A stretch of DNA of 30,022 bases from Planctomycetota bacterium (GTDB lineage: Bacteria; Planctomycetota; Planctomycetia; Pirellulales; JADFKK01). The stretch lies in assembly GCA_022564995.1 (NCBI GenBank), contig JADFKK010000067.1, positions 1 through 30,022 on the forward strand, given 5' to 3'. Position numbers and translations under genes: made by a program. How positions within the stretch are numbered: position 1 is the stretch's first letter; every line of letters starts with the position of its first letter. Shown here piece by piece: positions 1 through 11,200 of this stretch. Below the pieces are notes generated by a model. The model was not told the origin of the DNA, did no database searches, and was given only the letters and a program-made list of their open reading frames with translations.

Positions 1-3000
1 TTACTTACATGCCGGAGGCCGACTTCTTCGGCCAAGATACATTTACCTACCGCGCTAACGACGGCGAGTTCGATTCCTCGGCAGCCACGGTGATCATCGT
101 CGTTAATCCAATCAACGACGCACCTGTGGCGGTGGATGACCAGTTACTGGTAATCGCCAATAAGTCGTTGATCGTCCCCGCGCCCTATGAGCAACTGATC
201 CTCGACGACGGGCCGATCGGCTACTGGCGATTGGGGGAAACGACGCTGTCAGTCGCGTTGGACACGTCGGGCAACGGCTTGCATGGAAGTTACGAGGGAG
301 GTGTTTTGCTTGGAAACTCGGGCGCGATCTCGTTGAATTCAGATACATCTGCCAACTTTGATGGCAGCACATCCAGAGTCGCAGTACCCTCGCCGACAAG
401 CCTAAATGACCTACGCAACAATTTCACAATTGAGGCATGGATCAAGCCCGAAGCGTTGGACGGTTGGCAGCGCATTTTCTCTTCACCACCAGAACCGAAG
501 GGCTTCGCGTTCGGGACTTTCGGTAACTCCCTCATTTTCACAACATACGGTGTCAAAGACTATTTCTCGACGGCAGCACGCATCGTGCCCGGGATTTGGC
601 AACACGTCGCGGTCGTTTTCGATGCCGATAACGATGCGTCTTACTTTGTGAATGGTTCATTCGTTCAAAAGGTTTCGGGAAACACCCCGGCCAGAGCTGC
701 GACAGGTCGGTTTTTCATCGGAAGTTCAGGAGGAAGTAGCTATTTTGATGGATCGTTGGACGAGGTCGCCGTATATGGAAGGGCTCTTGCGCCGGAAGAG
801 ATCGAAGAGCACTATCTTTTCGGAACTTCTCCAGCCAGCATCGGCTCGAGAGGCGTGCTGGCCAACGACATCGACGTCGACGGTGACCAACTCGTCGCCA
901 ACTTGGTGGCCGACGTCCAGCACGGATCGCTCCTGTTCAACACGGACGGCAGCTTTGAATACACGCCCGAGCGGGACTTTGTCGGCATCGACACGTTTAC
1001 CTATCTCGCCTCCGACGGTCAAGCAGAGTCGAACATTGCCCTGGTGACGATCAAGGTCAACGGCCCATTGGCGGGTGATGACGAGTACGAGATCGACGAG
1101 GACGAGGCGCTTGCTGTTGGGGCCGCTGGAGGGCTGCTGAGCAACGACGGGAATGACGGGTCGGGAGACCTCACGGCGGTCTTGGTTGACGACGTGCGAA
1201 ATGGCACGCTCACGCTCAGCCCGGACGGCTCGTTTACTTACGAGCCGACCGCGAACTTCTTCGGCACGGATAGGTTCACGTATATCGCCGTTGACGACGA
1301 GCTTGATACGGATTTGGCAACCGTGACAATCACGGTCCATGCCGTCCAGGACGCACCGGTCACGGTCGATGACAAGTATGTTGCTGACGAGGACACGGCG
1401 TTTCCTCCCCCTGTTGAAATACCACCCGGGTTAACCTTGGTGGAGTGGCCTGAAAACGGCAACTTCTACGGAATCATCGAGGAATCCAAGACGTGGGCTC
1501 AGGCAAAAGCGGCGGTGGAAGCCCTGGAAGTTTCAGGAAATCCCGGGCATCTGTTGACGATTACCTCAGACGCGGAAAACGACTTTGTCAATGCCGCCGT
1601 GCTCAGTTCGACATCGGCAAGGCGCATCTTCATCGGACTTAACGATACTGAAACCGAAGGTACGTTTGTATGGGTCACGGGTGAACCCGTCACGTTCAGC
1701 AACTGGAACGTCGGTGAGCCGAGCAACTCCGGCGACGAAGACGTGGTCGAGTTGCATTGGCTCGGCGGTGCCTGGCGATGGAACGACGTGCCATCTTGGT
1801 TCAAGAATCCCGCGTATGTCGTGGAATTTGAATCGTCCCCGGATCCCAGTGTTCTCGACAACGACCGCGATGCTGATGGTGATCCACTCATCGTTACGCT
1901 GGTTGAAAACGTGAAGCATGGTGCGCTCGACCTTCGGCCGGATGGAACCTTCACGTATGTTCCTGATCCAGAATTCTCCGGCAAAGACACTTTCACGTAC
2001 CGCGCGAGCGATGGCACGCTAGAGTCCGAACTCGCCACGGTGACGATCACCGTCGAGCCGGTCAACGACGCGCCGACGGCGGATGACGATGGCGGGTATG
2101 AACTGGACGAGGACGGCGAGTTGATCGTCGATGCTGCTGCCGGCGTGCTTGTCGGTGACACGGACGCGGAGGATGATCCGCTCACGGCTCGGCTTGTTGA
2201 CGACGTCGAGCACGGCACCCTCGCGCTGGCCGATGAGGGTTCGTTCAGTTACACGCCGAATGCCGATTTCTTTGGCGAGGATAGCTTTACCTACGTCGCC
2301 AACGACGGCGAGCTTGATTCCCAACTCGCCACCGTGACGATCACGGTCAATCCGATCGACGATCCGCCGCTGGCGGTGGATGATGTATACGACGTGAATG
2401 AGGATGTTGTGCTGGTTGCCGAGGGTGGTTTGGCGGTGACCACGAACGACGAGGAACCAGACGGAGACGCTTTGGCGGTGACGCTCATTGACGACGCCAT
2501 GCACGGAACGCTCGAATTGGCGGCGAACGGCACCTTTGTGTACACGCCTGGGCAGGATTTCAACGGGACCGATTCGTTCACCTATCGCGTCGATGACGGC
2601 ACGACGACTTCCAACGTGGCGACCGTGACCATCACCGTCGTGCCCGTCAACGATCCGCCGCTCGCGGAGGATGATGCCTTCCGCGTGCCGACGAGCGGGT
2701 CGCTGGTTGTGGCCGCTGAAGCCGGGTTGCTGGCTAACGATAGCGATGTTGAGGGCGATCCGTTGACGGTCATTCTGGTCGAGGGGCCGGCGCATGGGAC
2801 GTTGCTGCTGAGCGACGATGGATCGTTTGAGTATACGCCTGAGGGCACGTTTAATCGATTCGATTCGTTTACTTATCGGGCTGGCGACGGGCAGGATCTG
2901 TCCGAGATCGCCACGGTTTCGCTTACACTCGATGCTCCGCTGGTCGAGGCGGGGGATCATATCTTGCGGGCGAATACGCCGGGGCAGACGATCTCGATTT

Positions 3001-5078
3001 TGGTCAGCGGGGAGCACGATGTTTCGGGCCTCAACTTGTTTGTGCAGATCGGTGATGGGGGGCCGGAGCTGGTGGAGTTTGGGCTGCCGGCCGGGACGCG
3101 GGGGCCGCGGATTACGGCGATTAGCTTGAAGACGGGGACGATCTTTGCCAGCGTGGGCGATCCACAGATCGACGAGCCGGGTAACTTGCCGCAGGTGATT
3201 AACTCGACGATTGCGCTGGCGGGTGACCCGACGACGATCGAGGCCGACGGAACGCTGGCCATCCTCACCATCGACACGACGGGGCTGTTTGGCGGCGAGT
3301 GGGACTTGCTGCTCTCGGGCGTGCTGCCCGGATTGGTCGGCGGGCCGTTCGAGACCGACTTTGCGGGCGAGCCGGCGATTATCGAAAGCGGAAAGCTACG
3401 GATCGTGCCGGCCGAAGTGGTCGATCGTCTCGTGTTCTACAACGATTCGGTGTTCGACGGGCGCGACGCGGCGGCCGGCGAGGCCGACGACGCGGCCATC
3501 GCCCCCGACAAAACGGCCCTGCTGAGCGGCAACAAGGCGACCTTCGCCAATTACACCAGCTTCGCCGGCGGCATCACCGGGGTGATGCTCGACGTCGCGC
3601 GGCTGCTCGTGCCCGACGGGCTCACCGCCGGCGACTTCACTTTCCGTAATGGACGAAGCAACGACCCGTCCGCTTGGCAGCCGACGGACGCGCCGGCGAG
3701 TGTGACCGTGCGATCGGGCGCCGGTGTGAACGGTTCCGACCGCATCAGCCTCACCTGGCCGGCGGGCACGATCGAGGGCACCTGGCTCGAGGTCACGCTC
3801 AAATCGAACGCCAACACGGGTCTGCGGGCAGACGACGTGTTTTACTTCGGCAGCGCGGTGGGCGAGTCGGGTAACAAGCCCACCGACGCGCTGGTGAACG
3901 CCACCGATGTGATCGCCGTGCGCAACAATCCCCGCGGCCCGCTGGACCAAGCCGACCTGGAAAACCGGCTCGACTTCAACCGCGACGCGTTGGTCAACGC
4001 GACCGATTTGGTGCTGGCCCGCGATCATACGACGGGGCTGTTTTCGGCGCTGCCGCTGATTACGCCGGTGGCGACTGGCGGGGCGCCAAGTCCGGGAGCG
4101 GCAGCGGCAGCGGCTGCTGCGCCGCAAGCGGCTGGGGCGCCGGCAGGGGAAATGCCGACGATCGTTGTTGGCGAGTATACGCTAGCGGCCGACACGCCGA
4201 ATCAACAGATCGAGATCTTCGTCAGCGGCGGACAGTCGGTCGCCGGGGTGAATCTGGTCGCGCAGGTCGGCGACGGCGGACCGGAACTGGTCGACTCCGG
4301 CTTGCCGGCCGGCACCGACGGACCGGCCATTTCGTCGGTCGATTTGAAGACGGGTACGATCTTCGCCGCCCTCGACGATCCGCAATTCGACTCGGCCAGC
4401 CTGCCGCAGGTGCATTTTACCTCGTTGGGAATCGCATCGGCCAACACGACCGTCTCGGCCGATGGTTTGCTGGTGACGCTCTTCATCGACACGACCGGTA
4501 TCTTCGGCGGCAGCTTCCAACTACTGCTCGCCGGCGTGCTGCCGCAACTGACCAACGGCCCGTTCGCCACCGACTTCGCCGGCATTCCGATCGAAATCAC
4601 CAACGGCATCATCATCGTCGAGTCATCTCAACCGGCCGATCTGACCGGTAACGGGTTCGTCGATTTTGAGGATCTGACGGTGTTGCTGGCCGCTTGGAAT
4701 CAAGACGTCTCGGCCGCGGAAGGGAATCTTGTCGATGCGGACAACACGCCGGTAAATTTTGAGGATCTGACCGTGCTCTTGGCGGCTTGGACGGGGCCGG
4801 GGCCGGCGGGCGCTCCCGTAGGCCGCCGGCTTGCCGCGGCGCAAGAGACGTCGCCGAATGTTGGGTCGGGTTTTGAGAGTGATGTTGAGCGGGAGACGCC
4901 GCGGCAAGCCGCGGCCTACTTCGATCGTCTCGTGGCCCGCCGCGATCATTCCCATTCCGCGCTCCGCCGCCTGCAATCGGCCGCGGTTGATCGGGCGATG
5001 GCGGATGACGGCCTGAGCGACGGATTGCCACGTCGCGAAAATCACTTCTCGCGGCGTTCCCGCCGCAGCGGACGTTGA
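1..5078 (+). CDS. Giant secreted adhesin-like protein, 5'-truncated at the window edge. It contains cadherin-like/Ig-like repeats, a LamG/ConA-like domain, a C-type lectin domain, two dockerin-like repeat pairs and a tandemly duplicated roughly 150-aa beta module.
   Basis: The reading frame is open from position 3, and the Met at position 9 is internal. The N-terminus (DFFGQDTFTYRANDGEFDS...ATVIIVVNPINDAPVA) looks like the end of a cadherin-like repeat. The motif FTY..DG....A.VTITV..VNDAP recurs at least 8 times. The LamG-like block at aa 75-270 includes FTIEAWIKPE, FGTFGNSLIFTTYG and LDEVAVYGRAL. The C-type lectin block at aa 470-620 includes WPENGNFYGI, KTWAQAKAAV, HLLTITS, FIGLND, EGTFVWV and WNVGEPSN. 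Dockerin-like pairs are DALVNATDVIAV...DFNRDALVNATDLVLA and DLTGNGFVDFEDLTVLLAAW...VNFEDLTVLLAAW. The modules at nt 2965-3410 and 4190-4630 are clear paralogs, each followed by a dockerin pair. The stop codon is at 5076-5078. Confidence 0.85.
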   Translation, partial: TYMPEADFFGQDTFTYRANDGEFDSSAATVIIVVNPINDAPVAVDDQLLVIANKSLIVPAPYEQLILDDGPIGYWRLGETTLSVALDTSGNGLHGSYEGGVLLGNSGAISLNSDTSANFDGSTSRVAVPSPTSLNDLRNNFTIEAWIKPEALDGWQRIFSSPPEPKGFAFGTFGNSLIFTTYGVKDYFSTAARIVPGIWQHVAVVFDADNDASYFVNGSFVQKVSGNTPARAATGRFFIGSSGGSSYFDGSLDEVAVYGRALAPEEIEEHYLFGTSPASIGSRGVLANDIDVDGDQLVANLVADVQHGSLLFNTDGSFEYTPERDFVGIDTFTYLASDGQAESNIALVTIKVNGPLAGDDEYEIDEDEALAVGAAGGLLSNDGNDGSGDLTAVLVDDVRNGTLTLSPDGSFTYEPTANFFGTDRFTYIAVDDELDTDLATVTITVHAVQDAPVTVDDKYVADEDTAFPPPVEIPPGLTLVEWPENGNFYGIIEESKTWAQAKAAVEALEVSGNPGHLLTITSDAENDFVNAAVLSSTSARRIFIGLNDTETEGTFVWVTGEPVTFSNWNVGEPSNSGDEDVVELHWLGGAWRWNDVPSWFKNPAYVVEFESSPDPSVLDNDRDADGDPLIVTLVENVKHGALDLRPDGTFTYVPDPEFSGKDTFTYRASDGTLESELATVTITVEPVNDAPTADDDGGYELDEDGELIVDAAAGVLVGDTDAEDDPLTARLVDDVEHGTLALADEGSFSYTPNADFFGEDSFTYVANDGELDSQLATVTITVNPIDDPPLAVDDVYDVNEDVVLVAEGGLAVTTNDEEPDGDALAVTLIDDAMHGTLELAANGTFVYTPGQDFNGTDSFTYRVDDGTTTSNVATVTITVVPVNDPPLAEDDAFRVPTSGSLVVAAEAGLLANDSDVEGDPLTVILVEGPAHGTLLLSDDGSFEYTPEGTFNRFDSFTYRAGDGQDLSEIATVSLTLDAPLVEAGDHILRANTPGQTISILVSGEHDVSGLNLFVQIGDGGPELVEFGLPAGTRGPRITAISLKTGTIFASVGDPQIDEPGNLPQVINSTIALAGDPTTIEADGTLAILTIDTTGLFGGEWDLLLSGVLPGLVGGPFETDFAGEPAIIESGKLRIVPAEVVDRLVFYNDSVFDGRDAAAGEADDAAIAPDKTALLSGNKATFANYTSFAGGITGVMLDVARLLVPDGLTAGDFTFRNGRSNDPSAWQPTDAPASVTVRSGAGVNGSDRISLTWPAGTIEGTWLEVTLKSNANTGLRADDVFYFGSAVGESGNKPTDALVNATDVIAVRNNPRGPLDQADLENRLDFNRDALVNATDLVLARDHTTGLFSALPLITPVATGGAPSPGAAAAAAAAPQAAGAPAGEMPTIVVGEYTLAADTPNQQIEIFVSGGQSVAGVNLVAQVGDGGPELVDSGLPAGTDGPAISSVDLKTGTIFAALDDPQFDSASLPQVHFTSLGIASANTTVSADGLLVTLFIDTTGIFGGSFQLLLAGVLPQLTNGPFATDFAGIPIEITNGIIIVESSQPADLTGNGFVDFEDLTVLLAAWNQDVSAAEGNLVDADNTPVNFEDLTVLLAAWTGPGPAGAPVGRRLAAAQETSPNVGSGFESDVERETPRQAAAYFDRLVARRDHSHSALRRLQSAAVDRAMADDGLSDGLPRRENHFSRRSRRSGR

Positions 5079-5168
5079 GGCGTCCCCTCTCCACCCGTTC
5101 AATAAGTCAGAGTATTCTCGAAATATCTCTGACCGGTAGGCGAATACCGGCTTGAGGATCGTTATACT

Positions 5169-5870
5169 GTGTGCCTTGCTGCGGGCTTTTCTGCGGGCTG
5201 CATTACGGACTCATGCGGAGCTGGTGCGATCATGGAATTCATCGAAAACTGCTTCACAGGCCCCAATTATCCCGCCTCGGTGATGATGGTCCTGATTCTG
5301 ACCTACGGGCTTATGGTCGCCCTGGGCGGGCTGAATCTCGATCTGTTCGACATCGACATCGATTTTGACGCCGACGTGGACATCGACGGAGGGGTGACGA
5401 GCATCGGCTTCGTGGCATTAAAATTCTTGAATATCGGCAATGTTCCAATCATGATATGGGCATCGGCCTTTGGCCTGGCGTGGTGGACCGCCTCGATGCT
5501 GTTGTGGGAATTGTTCGACCAGGCCAGTTACCACGAGGACTTTTGGCGCACCGTACCCCTGGTGCTGCGTAACGTGGTGCTCGGCGTCGTGGCGACGAAG
5601 TTCATCACGCAGCCGATGGTGAAGATGTTTGACCACACAGATAATTACCAACCCGAGGATCTCATCGGCCAGGAGTGCGAAGTCACAACATACGAGGTCA
5701 CCGCGGATGCGGGACAAGCCAAATTCGCGACCGACGCGGCGCCCTTGTTGATCGACGTGCGATCTGAAGACGGGCCGCTGGCGAAGGGCGATCGGGCGCT
5801 GATCGTCGATTTTGATCCTGAAGAAAAACTTTATTTCATCACCAAGCCAGACACCGAGGTATCGACATGA
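5169..5870 (+). CDS. NfeD/YqiJ-like inner-membrane protein with a C-terminal OB-fold, the usual partner of flotillin. The true start may be the ATG at 5232 (MEFIENCF).
   Basis: It has 3-4 hydrophobic helices (VMMVLILTYGLMVALGG, IMIWASAFGLAWWTASMLLW, VLRNVVLGVVATKFI) and an acidic DIDIDFDADVDIDGG segment. The C-terminus is a soluble beta-rich tail of about 80 aa (QECEVTTYEVTADAGQAKF...GDRALIVDFDPEEKLYFI). The stop codon shares the ATGA overlap with the flotillin start at 5867-5870. Confidence 0.6.
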   Translation: MCLAAGFSAGCITDSCGAGAIMEFIENCFTGPNYPASVMMVLILTYGLMVALGGLNLDLFDIDIDFDADVDIDGGVTSIGFVALKFLNIGNVPIMIWASAFGLAWWTASMLLWELFDQASYHEDFWRTVPLVLRNVVLGVVATKFITQPMVKMFDHTDNYQPEDLIGQECEVTTYEVTADAGQAKFATDAAPLLIDVRSEDGPLAKGDRALIVDFDPEEKLYFITKPDTEVST

Positions 5871-7990
5871 ACGTTCTCATCGCAGGTTTGATGGAAATCG
5901 GGATCGCCTTACTTCCATATGTGATCGTTTTCGTGGTCGCCGTTATGATCGCCGGTTTGGCCATGTCTCGCTTCTATCGCAAGGTCGCGCCGGAGGAGGC
6001 CCTGGTGCGTGCTGGCTGGGGCGAACTCACCGTAGCCAGCGGCCAGGGGATGTGGGTCGTGCCACTCCTGCATCGGGTCGACCGCATGGACCTGACGCTC
6101 AAACGAATCGAAATCTCGCGCCAGGGCACCGACGGTTTGATCTGCAAGGACAACATTCGCGCCGACATCAAGGTGGCCTTCTTCGTGCGCGTCGACAAAC
6201 AGGCCGACAAGATCAAGGAAGTCGCCCAATCGATCGGTTGCAAGCGAGCCTCCGACGAACACACGCTGATCGAGTTGTTCGACGCGAAATTCTCGGAGGG
6301 GCTCAAGACGGTCGGCAAGCAGTTTGATTTCGTCGAACTCTACGACAAGCGCGACCAATTCAAGGCGGAAATCATCAAGGTGATCGGCACCGACCTGAAC
6401 GGTTACCGGCTGGACGATGCGGCGATCGATTATCTCGAACAGACGCCGCTGAGCCTGCTCAGCCCCGACAACATTCTCGACGCCGAAGGCATCAAGAAAA
6501 TCACCGAACTGACCGCCCGCGAGCACATTTTCGCCAACGACATCACCCGCGAGAAGGAAAAGACGATCAAGAAGCAGGACGTCGAAGCCCGCGAGGCGAT
6601 TCTGGCCCTGGAGCGCCAACTGGTCGAGGCCGAAGAGAAGCAGCAGCGCGAGGTGGCGGAGATTCGCGCCCGCGAGACGGCCCAGGCCCGCAAGGTCGAA
6701 GCCGAGCAGTTGCTCAAGTCCGAAACGGCCCGCATCAGCACGGAGGAAGAAGTTCGTGTGGCCGAGGAAAACAAAGACCGCCAGATCATCGTCGCCGAAA
6801 AGAACAAAGAGCGGACCGAAGCGGTCGAAATCGAGCGGGTCGAGAGAGACCGGCTGCTCGAACGGACCGAACGCGAGCGGCTGGTCGGCATCGCCCAGGT
6901 CGAGAAGGAAAAGGCGATCGAAGTCGAGAATCGCAACATTCAGGAAGTCATCCGCGAACGCGTGGTGGTCCAGCGGGCCGTCGTGGAACAGGAAGAGAAG
7001 ATCAAGGACACGCAGGAGTTTGCCGGGGTCGATCGTTTGAAGAAAGTGACGGTCACCAAGGCCGAAATGACCGCGCAAGAGGCTCTCGTCAAACAGGTCA
7101 AGGCGGCCGAGGCGGCCAAGTCGGCCGCGGAACTCAAAGCCGAGCAGACCGTCGTCGAGGCGGAGGCCGATCGCAAGGCGGCCGAGCGGCAAACGCAGGC
7201 GATCAAGATGTTGGCCGAAGGAAAAACGGCCGACGAGGCCGCCTCGGGCTTGGCCGAAGCGCAGGTCACCACCGCCAAGGCCGACGCCACCGAGAAGATG
7301 GGCACCGCCGAGGCCAACGTGACCGAGAAACAAGCCGTCGCCGAGGCCAAGGGCGTGGCCGCGATGGCCACGGCCAAGGAGCAGGACGGCACGGCCGAAG
7401 CCACCGTGATGGAACTCAAGTTCACTGCCGAAGCGAACGGAATCGAACACAAGGCGGAAGCCATGAAACTGTTCGACAGCGTCGGCCGCGAGCACGAAGA
7501 GTTCAAGTTACGGCTCAACAAGGACAAAGACATCGACATGGCCGCCATCGACGCGCAGAAAGACATCGCCGAGGCGCAATCGCAACTGGTCGGCGAAGCC
7601 CTCAAGTCGGCCCACATCGACATCGTGGGCGGCGATATCGACTTCTTCGACAAGATCGTCGACGCGGTCAAGGGCGGCAAGGCGGTCGATCGGTTTGTTC
7701 ACAGCAGCGAAGTGTTGACCGACGTGAAGAACTCGTTCTTCAACGGAAACCCCGAGTATTTCCGCGACAAGCTGCAACAACTCGTGGGGCAGTTCGACCT
7801 CAGCACCGACGACATCAAAGACCTGTCGATCGCCGCCCTGATCACCCGCATGCTCGGCATGACCAACAGCGACGAAACCCGCGGCGAATTGAGACGATTG
7901 ATGGGCATGTTCACCAACCTGGGCATGTCCAGCGAAAAAGTCGCCACCTTGAAGCTCGATTCGCCCGGCGTGGGAAAGACGGACGGGTAA
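5867..7990 (+). CDS. Flotillin-family SPFH/band-7 protein (YqiK-like) with a long C-terminal Ala/Glu/Lys-rich coiled coil.
   Basis: It has an N-terminal transmembrane helix followed by an SPFH core: VRAGWGELTV...DRMDLTLKRIEISRQGTDGLICKDNIRADIKVAFFVRVDK. The RTGxGG and AFFVRV blocks match the E. coli YqiK pattern. A roughly 400 aa EA-repeat coiled coil follows (AEAEADRKAAE...). Confidence 0.9.
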   Translation: MNVLIAGLMEIGIALLPYVIVFVVAVMIAGLAMSRFYRKVAPEEALVRAGWGELTVASGQGMWVVPLLHRVDRMDLTLKRIEISRQGTDGLICKDNIRADIKVAFFVRVDKQADKIKEVAQSIGCKRASDEHTLIELFDAKFSEGLKTVGKQFDFVELYDKRDQFKAEIIKVIGTDLNGYRLDDAAIDYLEQTPLSLLSPDNILDAEGIKKITELTAREHIFANDITREKEKTIKKQDVEAREAILALERQLVEAEEKQQREVAEIRARETAQARKVEAEQLLKSETARISTEEEVRVAEENKDRQIIVAEKNKERTEAVEIERVERDRLLERTERERLVGIAQVEKEKAIEVENRNIQEVIRERVVVQRAVVEQEEKIKDTQEFAGVDRLKKVTVTKAEMTAQEALVKQVKAAEAAKSAAELKAEQTVVEAEADRKAAERQTQAIKMLAEGKTADEAASGLAEAQVTTAKADATEKMGTAEANVTEKQAVAEAKGVAAMATAKEQDGTAEATVMELKFTAEANGIEHKAEAMKLFDSVGREHEEFKLRLNKDKDIDMAAIDAQKDIAEAQSQLVGEALKSAHIDIVGGDIDFFDKIVDAVKGGKAVDRFVHSSEVLTDVKNSFFNGNPEYFRDKLQQLVGQFDLSTDDIKDLSIAALITRMLGMTNSDETRGELRRLMGMFTNLGMSSEKVATLKLDSPGVGKTDG

Positions 7991-8035
7991 CGCGAGAGTG
8001 GCGGGGACCGTCGCAGAAATTAGTTACGCGGTTTT

Positions 8036-8150
8036 TCCATTCAAATCCGAAATCCGAAATCCGAAACAAATTCAAAGCACGAATGTCACAAACCTTCCGA
8101 ATGTCCGACGTTTTTGACATTTGAGATTTGGATTTTTTGATTTGTTTCGC
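8036..8150. repeat. AT-rich imperfect inverted repeat built from tandem heptamers in the flotillin to giant-ATPase intergenic region.
   Basis: (AAATCCG)x3 followed by AAAC lies at 8044-8067, with inverted degenerate copies (TTTGAGA, TTTGGAT, TTTTTGA, TTTGTTTCG) at 8110-8148. Three AATGTC/GACATT motifs sit in the centre, and an A8 tract lies at 8163-8170. The local GC is far below the genome background. Confidence 0.7.
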
Positions 8151-8290
8151 CGTGTTGTATTGAAAAAAAAGGCGTACTTCGGATTTGCGATCTCGTTAAA
8201 CTGCCCAAATTGTTCATGCGCGACCTCTAGGTGGTCAGCAGTGACCCGTTACGAGTCATTCGGCGCCCGCCCTCAATCCAAGAACACACG

Positions 8291-11200
8291 ATGGCTCAAG
8301 CCGACCAAGCCAAGACCGGCTCCGCCGAGATTCAACTCGAAAGCGGCACTTACGAGATCCTGCGCAATCGGCTGGTGGCGCATGCCAAGGAGCTGCGCGG
8401 CCGGCTGGACCAATTGAACGTGGCTCGCAAGGAAGTCTTCGGCGCGATCGAGACGACGCTGCTGGCGACCGATCGGATCACGACCGAGCATAACTGCCAG
8501 CCGCGCGACATGGTCTCTCTCGGCGACGTGTTCCTGTTCGGCTACAACATCCACTTCGGGCTGAAGAGCGAAACGACGCTGTCGGACGTGTTCGCCGCCT
8601 ATGAAATGCGGGATCACTCGTTTCACCAGCAGTCGCTGGCGATGCTCGAAGACCAGCAATTCAAGCGCGACTTTCAGGAGGTCTATCGCTACTACAAAAA
8701 GGCCGTCTTTGCGAAGTTCTTTCTCACCGGCCCGCATCTGTACATGGTGTTTCGGGTCGGCCTCAACGTCAGCGACATCAAGACGTTCAAGTGGTTGCTG
8801 CGCGACGGCACGCTGAGCTACGTCGACAACCGCAGCGATCACGAGGTGCAATTCCCGCCGCAGCACGAGTTTGAGTGGACGCGAACGCATCGCGATTTGC
8901 AACAGTCGGGCTTGCACCCGCACATTTCGATCGAAGATCGGCTGTTCGTCGAGACAATCGGCGGCGATCTGACGATCAAGATCGAAAACAACACGGAATC
9001 CGGCGAGGGCATCTACGCCGAGCCGGTCGACAATCCCGACCAGACGCTCGACGACGCCGTGATTTACTACGCCGTGGTCGGCAACATCATCCTGCTGAAG
9101 ATTCGGCCTTATCAGGAAGAGAATTTTCGCTACATCGTCTACAACGAAAAGATCCAACAGGCCCGCCGCATCGACGCCATCGAACATGCCTGCGTGCTGT
9201 TGCCGGACGATCACGGGCTGATTTTCTCGAACGGATACTATCTGCAAAACGGCGAACAAAAGACGTTCGACCACGCGCTGCAGGACATGTTGTTCGAGCG
9301 GCGCATCGCGGCCCCCAACGGCGAAGATTACCTGTACGTGTTTTACAACCGCAAGACGGGCGTCTACGTCCTGCTGCGGTATAACGTGATCGAGCAGAAG
9401 GTCGACACGCCGCTGATCTGCAACGGCTCGTCGCTGTTTCCGGCGGGCGAACTGGTTTGTTTTCGCAGCGACGAGGAGGCAAAAAAACATCACACGTTGC
9501 AGGTCTGGCAAACGCCCTACGTCGACGAAGACTTCCTGCCGCAAACCAACACCGACTCGCTGCTGTTCAAAATCGGCAATCGCGACATGGTCCGCGGCAT
9601 GGCCGAGTGTCACGAAGTGCTGGGCCTGATCGAGAAGGAAGACACTTACGCCGGGCTGTACATCGATCTGGTTAAGAAGGCCGGCGACATCCTCGACGCT
9701 TACTTCTGGATCGATCACGAAGAAACCTTTAAGCCGAGCGAGCCGCTGCAGGAAATCAAGCGGACAGCCGCCGCCGCGATCGATGAATTCGAAAAGGTCG
9801 TCAAGGTCAAGCAGGCCACGCTCGGCCAGTGCAAAGAGGTCGAGGGCCGCACGCGCAAGATTCTCACCGACGTTCACCACCGCCGCTACGAGAGCATCGA
9901 CGAATTCGTCTCCTCGCTGGGCGATCTGCGGACGGTCCGCGGCGCGATCATTTCGCTGCGCGAGCTGCGCTACGCCGACGAGACACTCATCGAATCGCTG
10001 GAAGCCGAAGTCATCGATCAGTCGGACCGGCTGGCGGCGCGCTGTGTCGACTTCCTGCTCAGCCCGGGCGCGCTGGCGCCGTACCAGCAGCGTGTGGCCG
10101 GGCAGAAACAAGCCGTCGAGCCGCTGGAAAAAGTCGCCGACGCCCGCAAGCTCGAAGAGCAGGTGACCGCCAGCGCCCAAGAACTGGAAATGCTGATCGA
10201 GATCGTCAGCAACCTGAAGATCGACGACGCCACCCAGCGAACGGCGATCATCGACAGCATCTCGGACATCTTCGGCCAGGTCAACGCGACCCGCTCAGCC
10301 CTTAAAGCGAAAATTCACGACCTGCTGTCGGTCGAAGGCATCGCCGAGTTCGGCTCGCAGATCAAGCTGCTCGATCAGAGCGTGGTCAGCTATCTCGACC
10401 TCTGCAAGACGCCCCAGCGGTGTGAAGAGCTGCTCACCAAGGTGATGATCCAGATCGAGGAGATGGACGGTCGTTTTGCCGAATTCGACGAATTCATCGT
10501 CCAACTCAGCGAAAAACGCGACGAGATTTACAACGCCTTTGAATCGCGTAAGCTGGCGCTTATCGAGAAGCGCAACCGGCGCGCGACGGCCTTGATGAGC
10601 GCCGCCGAGCGAATCCTCAAGGGCATCAAGACGCGGGTCGAAAGCCTCGACTCGATCGACGCGATCAACAGCTATTTCGCCTCGGACCTGATGATCGAGA
10701 AGGTCCGCGATCTGGTCGAACAACTCAATGAGCTGGACGACACGGTTAAGGTCGACGACGTCCAAAGCCGGCTCAAGACGGTCCGCGAAGACGCCGTTCG
10801 CCAATTGAAAGACCGCCAGGAACTGTTCGTCGACGGCGAGAACATCATTAAATTAGGCAACCACCAATTCACCGTCAACATTCAAGCCCTCGACCTCACC
10901 ACGGTGCAGCGCGACGGCGCGATTCATCTGCACCTGACCGGCACCAACTTCTTCGAGGTTCTCGACGACCAGCAGCTCAACGCCGCCCGCGACGTCTGGC
11001 AGCAGGAAGTCGTCTCGGAAAACGACGCGGTCTATCGGGCGGAGTATCTCGCCTACCTGTTAATGCAACACATGCGGCACGACGCCGACGCCCGCGAGGC
11101 TTTCTTGAAGGCGGACGGGCCGGCCCGCGTCAAGCAGGTTCAGCGATTCATGGGCCCCCGCTACCGCGAAGCCTACGTCAAGGGCGTCAGCGATCACGAC

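Noticed and set aside
5080-5168. Possible promoter (TTGAGG ... TATACT) upstream of the NfeD-like gene.
   Set aside because: The spacing between the hexamers is only about 5 bp, so it is not a credible sigma-70 promoter as read.
5909-7680. Long antisense ORFs (5909..7495 at 528 aa and 6940..7680 at 246 aa on the - strand) inside the flotillin gene.
   Set aside because: They lie wholly inside a confidently identified SPFH/flotillin gene. Their translations are low-complexity and Leu/Gly/Arg-rich, typical of open antisense frames in high-GC DNA.
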